NCBI GenBank assembly: GCA_910578645.1
Contig: CAJTQI010000009.1
Span: 32,578 to 96,577 of the forward strand
Source of the DNA: an uncultured Lachnospiraceae bacterium
GTDB taxonomy: Bacteria; Bacillota; Clostridia; Lachnospirales; Lachnospiraceae
Direction of reading: 5' to 3'
Length of the DNA: 64,000 nt
The notes beneath the pieces were generated by a model that ran no database searches, was not told the origin of the DNA, and was given only the letters and a program-made list of their open reading frames with translations. The translations under genes were made by a program, and so were the position numbers. Of the stretch, positions 28,708 through 37,283 are shown piece after piece (positions within the stretch are counted from its first letter, which is position 1; every line of letters starts with the position of its first letter).

Positions 28708-28800
28708 GATTGAAAATTAAAATTTTCAATCGCGAGATTGGTGTCTGAGCGTTGCTTGTCACAAACTCGATACGCGCAAAAGAACAGCGCAGAAATGGAG
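28708..28800 (+). repeat. Dispersed structured intergenic repeat, copy C (inside the prophage remnant)
   Basis: First ~30 nt identical to copy B; ends CAGCGCAGAAATGGAG before ATG 28807. Confidence 0.85.
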
Positions 28801-28806
28801 TGAAGA

Positions 28807-29046
28807 ATGATAGTAAGTAATGAATGTTTTATTGATGGACAAAAGTATGAGCCCGGTGAAGAAATATGGGACATGGGAAGTTTTACAGCCGTGGAATCTA
28901 AGGGGAGCCTTCGAAGTTATGAGGGATTGTCAAAGGATGTTGATAAGCTGCCGCATTATGTTAGGACAGGCAGTTCGGCCCTTTGCCTTGATACGGGTGA
29001 TTATTACAAGTATCACAAGCAGACTGATACATGGTACAAATTGTAG
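28807..29046 (+). CDS. Phage-like hypothetical protein (79 aa)
   Basis: GGAG RBS; YEGLSKDVDKLP..GSSALCLDTGD.Y pattern recalled from Firmicutes phage late regions. Confidence 0.7.
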   Translation: MIVSNECFIDGQKYEPGEEIWDMGSFTAVESKGSLRSYEGLSKDVDKLPHYVRTGSSALCLDTGDYYKYHKQTDTWYKL

Positions 29047-29058
29047 GAGGGACCAGAT

Positions 29059-29799
29059 ATGAGAGCAGATGATGTATATGCGATATTGAACCGAAAAATA
29101 AAAAATGTCCAGATATCCGGTGGAGACGCTTCCGTGGATATCGATAATATTATCGAGGGGTTGACAGAAAAAGAGTATTTGAAGGGGTTGGTTTCTGAAG
29201 CGGACGTGGTTGAGATGATTAATAAACACACGGAAGATATGAAAGATGAGATTCGCTCAGATTATCAGCAAATATTGAACCAGCCGACTGAATTTTTATG
29301 TGTTAATGTATTTAATCCTGCTGATAAATTTCCGGGTGCAATATTAACATTTGAAGACGTTTTAAATTTAGACCCGGACAACGAAACGACTAAGCCATCT
29401 AGGTTGATTAAAAATGATATGGAGATTGACCAGGATGGGTATGTTGTACTTAAATCCGGCCATATATATTGTATTTATTCAAATATTATGCTCCGGGATT
29501 TGGCATCTGGTAATAGCAGTTATACTTCCGACCTTGGATTTTCCGTAGTGGGCAAGGATGATATCGATATCACCAATGGTGAAATGTTCTATGATAAATT
29601 ATGTCCTTTCTATGCGGAAGCTAATATCTTTTCAAGCTTAGTATATCCGTTCTTATACACACCTAAGAAAGATTATCCTATTGCATTAAGGATTCAGAAA
29701 GACGGGTTTACAAAAGTAAGGATAACCAGTTATGCGATGTCTGTTTTTGAAATAAAGCAACCTCTAGTTACCCAGGTGCCGGTTGCGGATGTGCAGTAG
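29059..29799 (+). CDS. Hypothetical protein, possibly a phage structural (tail-associated) remnant
   Basis: AGGAGGG RBS; 246-aa ORF between a phage-like ORF and the endolysin. Confidence 0.6.
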   Translation: MRADDVYAILNRKIKNVQISGGDASVDIDNIIEGLTEKEYLKGLVSEADVVEMINKHTEDMKDEIRSDYQQILNQPTEFLCVNVFNPADKFPGAILTFEDVLNLDPDNETTKPSRLIKNDMEIDQDGYVVLKSGHIYCIYSNIMLRDLASGNSSYTSDLGFSVVGKDDIDITNGEMFYDKLCPFYAEANIFSSLVYPFLYTPKKDYPIALRIQKDGFTKVRITSYAMSVFEIKQPLVTQVPVADVQ

Positions 29800-29888
29800 A
29801 TTAGGATTGAAAAGGGCCAGAACAATAACAAAAATCACCACAGACATCCATTGCAGTGGACGAAATGCTTCATAAGTAGGAGGAGAGT

Positions 29889-30599
29889 ATGGCGACAAAA
29901 GAACAAGTAAAAAATTTTATAAATATGATTGCGCCGATTGCGCAGGAAAAAGCATTGGGAAGAACAAAATCTTCCCTCCCCTCGGTCTGTATTGCACAGG
30001 CTTGTTGTGAAAGTGCATACGGGACAAGCCCCAAGATGGTAAACGCAAACGCCGTGTTTGGTATCAAGGTTGGAAAAAGCAAAACACATTTCGGTACGGC
30101 CTGGAAGGATAAAGCATATTCCACCAAAACAAAAGAATGCTATGACGGGAAAACCTACGTTAATATCATAGACATGTTCAGGGCATACGGCACCATTGAT
30201 GAAGCGGTGGAAGATTACTATGACATGCTTGCTTCGTGTTCCCGGTATAAAGGGTGCATAAATCAAACGGAGCCTTTGATTTGCATTACAGCAATCAAAA
30301 ATGGGGGTTATGCAACAAGCCCAACATACGTCAGTACCATAATGAACATTATTAATACGCATCATTTGACACAGTATGACAGCGTGGTGACCGGAAAACA
30401 CCAGACGCTCAAATTTGGCAGCCGGGGCGCCGACGTCACATATTTGCAACAGAGACTTACGGCAAAAGGATATGGGGTAGGTGTCATTGACGGGATATTC
30501 GGTGCAAAAACTTTAGAAGCTGTCAAATCCTTTCAGGCTGAAAGTAATCTTGCGGTTGATGGGATTGTGGCGAGTAAAACGTGGTGTTCTTTGTGCTAA
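29889..30599 (+). CDS. Endolysin: GH73 glucosaminidase + peptidoglycan-binding domain
   Basis: AQACCESAYG, N.VFGIK, FRAY, GYATSPTY; C-terminal DGIFG.KT..AVKSFQ...L.VDGIV; no signal peptide. Confidence 0.88.
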   Translation: MATKEQVKNFINMIAPIAQEKALGRTKSSLPSVCIAQACCESAYGTSPKMVNANAVFGIKVGKSKTHFGTAWKDKAYSTKTKECYDGKTYVNIIDMFRAYGTIDEAVEDYYDMLASCSRYKGCINQTEPLICITAIKNGGYATSPTYVSTIMNIINTHHLTQYDSVVTGKHQTLKFGSRGADVTYLQQRLTAKGYGVGVIDGIFGAKTLEAVKSFQAESNLAVDGIVASKTWCSLC

Positions 30600-30792
30600 T
30601 TTGGCGTATATGAAATCGAAGTTTGTGTTATAATATTTAGGATTATTATGGTGTTGGAAGAAATTTTTGTTTATAAAAGTTCTGTTTTTATGATGTCTGC
30701 GCTATGTAATCGTGAATAAAGATTGAAACAAATTTTGTCAGTGAATTATAAATACCGCATGTTTACAATGGTTTTGACTTCTATTTTTATAT

Positions 30793-30813
30793 GTCCGATT
30801 CTCGATAGCAGCT
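30793..30813 (+). repeat. Degenerate att site (duplicate of tRNA-Thr 3' end 24927-24947)
   Basis: GTCCGATTCTCGATAGCAGCT vs GTCCGATTCCCGTCAGCAGCT, 18/21 identical. Confidence 0.75.
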
Positions 30814-30820
30814 TAGAAGT

Positions 30821-30858
30821 AAGAGGGGTCTTATACTTAATGTGTAAGGCTCCTTTTT
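30821..30858 (+). terminator. Intrinsic terminator, probably the original tRNA-Thr terminator displaced by the island
   Basis: AAGAGGGGTCTTATAC-TTAAT-GTGTAAGGCTCCTTTTT, 7 bp after the att duplicate. Confidence 0.65.
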
Positions 30859-30908
30859 GTCCGATATCTGATTTTTCTGTGAGACTGGGATGTTGGAGGG
30901 TGGTAGAA

Positions 30909-33359
30909 ATGCGAAGAAGAAAGAAAAAATGGACGGCTGTACTTTTGGCTACGGTGCTTGCGGTACAAGGCTGCAGTTTGCTTTTGGTATCGTTTTACAA
31001 GACAAAAGCAGATGATGAAGCGGAAAGAAACAGATTCGCATATTTGCAGGAGACGGATTATTCTGTAGGGGATGAGATTGCGGCTGCCAGGCGGAAGTTG
31101 GAAAAGAATCCGCAAAAACCTACGGTCATTACGGATATCAACACCGTGGATAAGAAGGTGGCGGTCTGCTTCGAGGGCTCTGCGGACAGTGTGGTGCTAA
31201 AGCAGATTATGCGTTATCTGGATGAACATGATATGGAGGCAACTTTCTTCATCTCGGCGGTGGATGCGGGGGAGGACCAGGAGATTGCCAGGGAAATTGC
31301 CGATACGGGGTATGGACTGGAAAGCTATACACTTTACGGCACGCCCCACATGGAGAAGATGAGCCAGGAGGAACTTGTGGAGGATTTTTGCCGCGCCCAG
31401 GCAGTCTACGGGGATAAGATATCCAGTCGCCCGAAGTTACTCAAATGTAATGCTACAGAGTACACCGATGAGTTGATGGAGGCAGCGGATGCCAGCGGGT
31501 ATGAGAGTATTGTGTATCCGACTCAGTATTTAAACTACCAGAGTTTTTATAGAGAAGAGACTGCCAAGGATTATGTATCGGAGCTTGGAAAAGGCAGGGT
31601 AGTATCCATCAAGCTGGATGGATATCTGGACGAGACTGAGTTTCAGGAGAAAGAGACGTCAAAAGAACCGGCAAAGGATAAGCAGGCAGGGGTGACTTTG
31701 CATGAATTAGAGGATGAGGATTTGTCTGAGTCCGGACGGCTGCTCAATGTAGTGGATTGGTTTCTTACCCAGTTGGATGAGCAAGGGTATGAGACGGTAA
31801 GTTTAGAGGAACTTCCGGCCCAGGATATGGGAGATATTGCACTTTACTACGGACAGATGGAGGAACAGTACGAGGATGAAATGGTGCAGCCGGTAGCATC
31901 GGTGCACACCACAGACAGAGAGATGGCGTTTACTTTCAGGGGCTTAGGGAATGCCGCAGAGCTGACGAATGTGCTTCTTGCGCTGCAGGAAGCCGATGCC
32001 AAGGCGACTTTTTTTGTGACCGGACAGGAGATAGAAGCATACCCGCAGCAGGTGCGGCAGATTATAGAAGCAGGGCATGAGGTTGGCAGCGGCGGATATA
32101 CGGGTAAGTCTATGGAAGGCATGGAATTTGGGGAAATCTGTGAAGATATCTACAAAAATGATATGCGTCTGGAAAGTATCGGTATCCATACGGACTTGTT
32201 TATGGCGCCTTATGATACGGTGACACAAGAAGTACAGATGGCGGCACAGGCACTTGGCAAACAGATTATCAGCGTTGGTTCCTCGCCGACGAGAAAAGAT
32301 TATGCAGAACAAAAATATAGTGCGGAGGAGATTATACGAAAGTACTATGGCAGCGGCAAGGAAGTTTTCTGCCGTGGTGAGATTGTTCATTTTAATATGA
32401 ATGTCTACGACGATACGGATTCTGTGGCAGAATTGGTGGAGGCGGCATGGCGACTGAAAGTTCTTCCTAGCCGGTACGGGACCCGGGAAGGAAATATTCT
32501 TCAGGTAACTACGGTGTCCAATCTTTTGGACAATACATGGCATTATCCGGCTGTTACCAATGCGTCCTACCACATGGTGGGTGCATCCGGCAAGATGCAG
32601 GATTCCTGGGAGCATATGCTGTTGGAAGGATATATTGGCGGTGAGGATGTGAGGACACCCGGATTTGCGCAGTCAGAGCTTTTGCTGTTAGACCGGACAG
32701 GACGGATAGATACGGGAGGAAGCAACACGGTATTTCTTACTTTTGACGATTGGGGGAATGAGGCGACAACCGGAAAAATATTATATGTACTAAGGAAACA
32801 TAAGATTAAAGCGACTTTTTTTATCCTGACAGAGTATGTGGTCAACGGGACAAGTGAGAATCTTCTGCGCGCTATCGCAGAGGAAGGACATGACGTGGCA
32901 TCCCATACCCACACCCATATGTCGATGGAGATTGGGCCAGACCAGATACAGGCGCTGCAGCAGGATTTGGTAGAATCCCACAGGGTTCTTGCCAATGTGG
33001 CAGGAGACACGGGTCGTGTGACGGATTTTTTGCGGGCGCCTACGCTGGCGCTCAATAAGGACGGCGTCATGACCGGCTTTGACTGTGGTTACGGCTATAT
33101 CATAAGCGGTGACTTCGACCCTGCGGATTATAAGGCCGCGGGGGTGGACAGCCTGTATGATGCGTTGTTAAACGGTGTGTTGCTTGACGACGGAGAGCGG
33201 ATGACGATGCAGGACGGGAGCATCGTTGTCATGCACATCAATACCCATTCCGTCCATACGGCACAGGCCCTTGACCGTTACTTGAATTATGTCGAAGGCT
33301 TACCGGAAGGCGAGCCCGGAAAATTCCGTTTTGCAAAGCTTAGTGATTACCTGCAGTGA
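30909..33359 (+). CDS. Membrane-anchored polysaccharide deacetylase with three CE4/NodB domains
   Basis: Basic N-terminus + TM; three ATFF-containing repeats; third has TFDD, HTHTH, RAP, MH motifs; start moved to ATG 30909. Confidence 0.85.
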   Translation: MRRRKKKWTAVLLATVLAVQGCSLLLVSFYKTKADDEAERNRFAYLQETDYSVGDEIAAARRKLEKNPQKPTVITDINTVDKKVAVCFEGSADSVVLKQIMRYLDEHDMEATFFISAVDAGEDQEIAREIADTGYGLESYTLYGTPHMEKMSQEELVEDFCRAQAVYGDKISSRPKLLKCNATEYTDELMEAADASGYESIVYPTQYLNYQSFYREETAKDYVSELGKGRVVSIKLDGYLDETEFQEKETSKEPAKDKQAGVTLHELEDEDLSESGRLLNVVDWFLTQLDEQGYETVSLEELPAQDMGDIALYYGQMEEQYEDEMVQPVASVHTTDREMAFTFRGLGNAAELTNVLLALQEADAKATFFVTGQEIEAYPQQVRQIIEAGHEVGSGGYTGKSMEGMEFGEICEDIYKNDMRLESIGIHTDLFMAPYDTVTQEVQMAAQALGKQIISVGSSPTRKDYAEQKYSAEEIIRKYYGSGKEVFCRGEIVHFNMNVYDDTDSVAELVEAAWRLKVLPSRYGTREGNILQVTTVSNLLDNTWHYPAVTNASYHMVGASGKMQDSWEHMLLEGYIGGEDVRTPGFAQSELLLLDRTGRIDTGGSNTVFLTFDDWGNEATTGKILYVLRKHKIKATFFILTEYVVNGTSENLLRAIAEEGHDVASHTHTHMSMEIGPDQIQALQQDLVESHRVLANVAGDTGRVTDFLRAPTLALNKDGVMTGFDCGYGYIISGDFDPADYKAAGVDSLYDALLNGVLLDDGERMTMQDGSIVVMHINTHSVHTAQALDRYLNYVEGLPEGEPGKFRFAKLSDYLQ

Positions 33360-33444
33360 CAGGGCTGCTTTTTGAGGAGCATATGGGCAGGTCATTCTTT
33401 ACGGAAGATTCGGAGTGGCATAGCTAAGCGCCACGGAGGTTGTG

Positions 33445-35337
33445 ATGTTGGGGAAGAAACAGAAAGAAAAGAAACAAATTGAAAATATTTTGCTGCGCCA
33501 GAAATCTGACCGCCGGATGTTGTCCTATGTCCCGGACAAGCAGCAGATACGCAACAATGTGGACAGGCGTGGCGGCAAGACGCTGGAATACTTTGAGGGT
33601 AAGGCGGACGACTATATCAAGAGCATCCAGGCGGGCATCCGGTACCATGTGGATTATGCTGTGAAGGTGACGGTTAAGGGTGGGAACGGGCGCAGAAAGT
33701 TGACTTGCAGAGGAATCGATATTTCTTCGACGGGGATTCTTTTGCAGATGGCGGACGAAAGGCAGCAGGCTCTTTTGACAGATGCGTCCATGATTTTCTT
33801 GAGATTTGAAGTGAAGCCTGGTTCTATGCCGGAAGGGTATGAGATGTCTGTGAGACAGAAGGCAAAGTTGGTGCGCAGTGTAAAGACGCAGGATGGCACA
33901 TTACTTTGCGGCATGGAGTTTGACAAAACTTTGGCACAGTATGCCACGCGGCATAAGGACAGCTATATGTTGACCGCTGCGAGCCTGATGGTCTTTTTAA
34001 TTTCGGTATTTATCATGTTGATGCGGGCGGAAAGCGTGATTTATTTTAAGTTCAACAAATGGCTGTACCTTTACAGCATCATCACGGCGGCTTTTCTGCT
34101 CAGCAGATATTTGTTTGGCGCTTTCTACCGCCCCGTCCCTATCGACAAGAACTATACCCCGGGGGTTACGATTATCATTCCCTGTTTTAATGAAGAGGAA
34201 TGGATTCACAGGACGATTCTAAGCTGTATAAATCAGGATTATCCTATTGACAAACTGGAAGTGATTGTGGTGGACGACCATTCCAATGACCATTCAGTGG
34301 AAAAAATAAAAGAGACGATAGAAAATCTTAAGAAAGAAAACGAACATTATGAGATAGATGGGCGTGTTTCCTATATTGTACAGCCACAGAATAAAGGGAA
34401 GAGAGAAGCGTTATGTGAAGGCGTTAAGGTGGCAAAACATGAATTGGTAGTATTTGTGGATTCGGACAGCTTCTTAGACCCTTTTGCCATAAGGAATCTG
34501 GTACAGCCGTTTATCGACCCTAAGATGGGCGGCGTGGCAGGGCGTACGGACGTGGCCAACACCTACACCAACGCACTGACCAAGATGCAGTCTGTGCGTT
34601 ACTATATAGCTTTCCGGGTAATGAAGGCGGCGGAGGCTTATTTTGACGGTGTCACGTGTCTGTCCGGCCCGTTGTCATGCTACCGTAAACAGATTATCAT
34701 TGACCATATGGATGACTGGCTGAACCAGAAATTCCTTGGGCAGAAGGCGACTTTCGGGGATGACAGGTCGATGACAAATTTTGTCCTGCGCCATCACAGG
34801 ACGAGCTATCAGGATACGGCGATTTGCTCCACAATCGTGCCCAACAAGCACAAAGTGTTTCTCAAGCAGCAGATGCGGTGGAAACGTTCCTGGCTGCGGG
34901 AGTCCATTATGGCGGGGGAGTTTATGTGGAGAAAAGAGCCGTTTATGGCAGTCTTCTTCTATATAGGATTGATTGTGCCCGTGGCGGCTCCTGTGGTGGT
35001 TATTTATAATCTGTTGTATGTTCCGCTTACACAGAGAATCTTCCCTACTACATTTATTGTAGGGCTGTTTCTGATGTCTTTGATTATGAGTGTGGTACAA
35101 TTACTTCTCAGGCGTAGCAGCACATGGATTTATGGCATGTTGTTTTGCGTTTATTACGAGGCCGTTTTGTTGTGGCAGATGCCGGTTGCATGGGTTACTT
35201 TCTGGAAATCGACCTGGGGGACGAGAATGACGCCGGAAGATTTGAAGGAGCAGGAGAGAAAGAAACAGAAGGAGGAGTTGAAAAGAGCAGAAAAGAGAGG
35301 GGGATACGCTGGTGGTCAGAGAAAAACAAGGGCCTGA
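33445..35337 (+). CDS. Processive GT2 synthase, hyaluronan-synthase/NodC-like, with N-terminal PilZ-like domain
   Basis: DD, GKR, FVDSD, LSGPLSCYR, FGDDRSMTN, QQMRW motifs and flanking TM helices; N-terminal IRY..DISSTG..LVR..GMEF PilZ pattern. Confidence 0.85.
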   Translation: MLGKKQKEKKQIENILLRQKSDRRMLSYVPDKQQIRNNVDRRGGKTLEYFEGKADDYIKSIQAGIRYHVDYAVKVTVKGGNGRRKLTCRGIDISSTGILLQMADERQQALLTDASMIFLRFEVKPGSMPEGYEMSVRQKAKLVRSVKTQDGTLLCGMEFDKTLAQYATRHKDSYMLTAASLMVFLISVFIMLMRAESVIYFKFNKWLYLYSIITAAFLLSRYLFGAFYRPVPIDKNYTPGVTIIIPCFNEEEWIHRTILSCINQDYPIDKLEVIVVDDHSNDHSVEKIKETIENLKKENEHYEIDGRVSYIVQPQNKGKREALCEGVKVAKHELVVFVDSDSFLDPFAIRNLVQPFIDPKMGGVAGRTDVANTYTNALTKMQSVRYYIAFRVMKAAEAYFDGVTCLSGPLSCYRKQIIIDHMDDWLNQKFLGQKATFGDDRSMTNFVLRHHRTSYQDTAICSTIVPNKHKVFLKQQMRWKRSWLRESIMAGEFMWRKEPFMAVFFYIGLIVPVAAPVVVIYNLLYVPLTQRIFPTTFIVGLFLMSLIMSVVQLLLRRSSTWIYGMLFCVYYEAVLLWQMPVAWVTFWKSTWGTRMTPEDLKEQERKKQKEELKRAEKRGGYAGGQRKTRA

Positions 35338-37183
35338 TGTGGTGCGCCGAAAAGACAGACGCAAGGTTGTGCGCAGCATTGCACAAGGAGTTGTTTTGCT
35401 TCTGCTGTTAGCGATGATGGTACAGGCTCTCTTTACTTTTGGCACATACAAGCCCTATGATGAGACGGCAGTTGAATTGGCAGAGCCGCAGAAGGATACG
35501 GGTTTCATTGCTCTGTCTTATTTCGGGGTAGACAGGGACGGGACGCCCACCCTGGTCAGTACAAAACGGCTGGAAGAGCATATGGATGCCCTTCATAGGT
35601 CCGGCTATGTGACAGTCACACAGCAGGATATTCTTGATTACTATCAGGAGGGAAAACAACTGCCAAAGAAGTCCCTGTTTCTGATGTTTGAGGACGGCAG
35701 GCGGGATACGGCGATTTTTGCGCAGAAGGTGACGGAGGAATACAATTATATGTCCACGGTGTTGACTTATGCGGGTAAGTTTACATCAAATGACGCCAAG
35801 TTTCTCATGCCGGACGACCTGGAAGATTTGGAAGAGGGTTCTTTTTGTGAACTCGGGACAAATGGTTACCGGTTGGAGTATATCAATGTTTTCGACCGCT
35901 ACGACAGATTCCTTGGCAATCTGGACACACTGGAGTACGCCCATGTGCAGCCTTATCTGGGCAGAGATTACAACCATTACCTGATGGATTATATCAGAGA
36001 TGAATACGGTATTCCGCGGGAATCCTACGGGCAGATGAAAAGACGTATTGATTTCGATTATGATGAGGTAGAGCGAATATATAACGAAGAGATAGGTGAG
36101 ATGCCCGGGCTGTATGTGTTGATGCATTCTAATACGGGCATGTTCGGGGAAAACGACAGAGTGAGCGCAGTCAATCAGGCCCGTATATTTGAGCTGTTTG
36201 ATATGAATTTTAACAGGGAAGGATTTGCGCTCAATACGAGGGAAGCCTCCCTTTATGACCTGACCAGGATGCAGCCCCAGTCATATTGGCACACGAATCA
36301 TCTTCTCATGCGCATCTGGGATGACACAGACATGCAGATGGCGTGGGCAGACGGGGATTTGGCCCGTAAGAGCTATTGGGACGAACTGGCCGGTAAGGCG
36401 GAATTTTGGAAGAATGAAATTTATCTGACAAGCGAGCCGAATACGGTGGGAACACTGCGCCTTAGGGGCAGTGGAGCGTACAAGGACGTGACTGTGGATA
36501 CGCGGCTTAAAGGCAATAAACTGGGAGTACAGAGTGTGTATGTGCGGGCAGATGAAGAATGTAAGAACGGCGTCTGCGTAAAGATAGAGAATAACGAGCT
36601 TTACGTCCTGGATAATGGCAGGGAAATCTGCCATGAGAATCTGGACAGACTGACCCGGCAACAACAGGTTTCCGTGGAGGAGGATGACCAGGCGGCACAG
36701 ATTGCGGAGAAGGAAATAGAGTTACAGTATGCCGATACCGCTAAGCAGGCCAAGGAAGCAGCCTCAGAGCTTGCGCGCTTAAGCGATGAGACAGTGGCCG
36801 GGGTGGAAGACGGAGCGGAGGAATATGTGGAGACAATCGGCCTCAACGAGCCCGGGGACAGACAACTTCATATTGTCCTGCGGGAGAATCGGCTGAGTGT
36901 GTCGGTGGACGGATTTTATGCCTTGGAAAATAGGGAGATTGATTCCACACAGGCGGGATATGTCTTTATCCAGTCCGGGTGGAGCGAAGAGACATACAGC
37001 CAGAGGAATCTTGCGGATGATGTTTATGACGGCGTGTTTGTGGATTTTAAGGTGACGCAGAGCGGGGAAAATGAGGAAGTCCTTGTACTGTATGACAATA
37101 AACTTCATGGGTTGGAATGGTTGGCGCATAAGTGCGGGAATCTGTGGAAGGCGGTTATTAATTGGTTTATTGATACCTTCTAG
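35312..37183 (+). CDS. Membrane-anchored IcaB/PgaB-like CE4-fold protein with C-terminal beta-rich domain
   Basis: TM helix; FIALSY, GYVTVT, LPKKSLFLMFEDG motifs; GTG start overlaps the synthase. Confidence 0.7.
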   Translation: MVREKQGPDVVRRKDRRKVVRSIAQGVVLLLLLAMMVQALFTFGTYKPYDETAVELAEPQKDTGFIALSYFGVDRDGTPTLVSTKRLEEHMDALHRSGYVTVTQQDILDYYQEGKQLPKKSLFLMFEDGRRDTAIFAQKVTEEYNYMSTVLTYAGKFTSNDAKFLMPDDLEDLEEGSFCELGTNGYRLEYINVFDRYDRFLGNLDTLEYAHVQPYLGRDYNHYLMDYIRDEYGIPRESYGQMKRRIDFDYDEVERIYNEEIGEMPGLYVLMHSNTGMFGENDRVSAVNQARIFELFDMNFNREGFALNTREASLYDLTRMQPQSYWHTNHLLMRIWDDTDMQMAWADGDLARKSYWDELAGKAEFWKNEIYLTSEPNTVGTLRLRGSGAYKDVTVDTRLKGNKLGVQSVYVRADEECKNGVCVKIENNELYVLDNGREICHENLDRLTRQQQVSVEEDDQAAQIAEKEIELQYADTAKQAKEAASELARLSDETVAGVEDGAEEYVETIGLNEPGDRQLHIVLRENRLSVSVDGFYALENREIDSTQAGYVFIQSGWSEETYSQRNLADDVYDGVFVDFKVTQSGENEEVLVLYDNKLHGLEWLAHKCGNLWKAVINWFIDTF

Positions 37184-37283
37184 CAGTGCTTCTTTTTTCC
37201 ATATTATAAAAGGCCACAAAGAGAGGCTATGGAAATTTTCCCTGAAAAGAAGAACGTATATTTCTGCAAAGGAGGAGGGACAT

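Larger units (their letters stand above)
24948..30813. mobile_element. Degenerate prophage/island integrated at tRNA-Thr(GGT); no integrase remains
   Basis: 18/21 direct repeat of the tRNA 3' end at 30793-30813; visibly AT-rich; ImmA + XRE repressor + cro remnant + phage-like ORFs + endolysin. Confidence 0.8.

Noticed and set aside
24948..30813. Functional prophage, ICE or anti-phage defence island
   Set aside because: No integrase, terminase, capsid, relaxase or recognisable defence domains; contains gene fragments
30838..30867. Sigma-28 promoter (TCCGATAT) for the polysaccharide cluster
   Set aside because: No TAAA -35 element at the expected spacing
30620..30908. Attenuator or riboswitch in the leader of the polysaccharide cluster
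   Set aside because: The terminator at 30821-30858 directly follows the att duplicate, so it is more simply the displaced tRNA terminator; no c-di-GMP riboswitch core is visible
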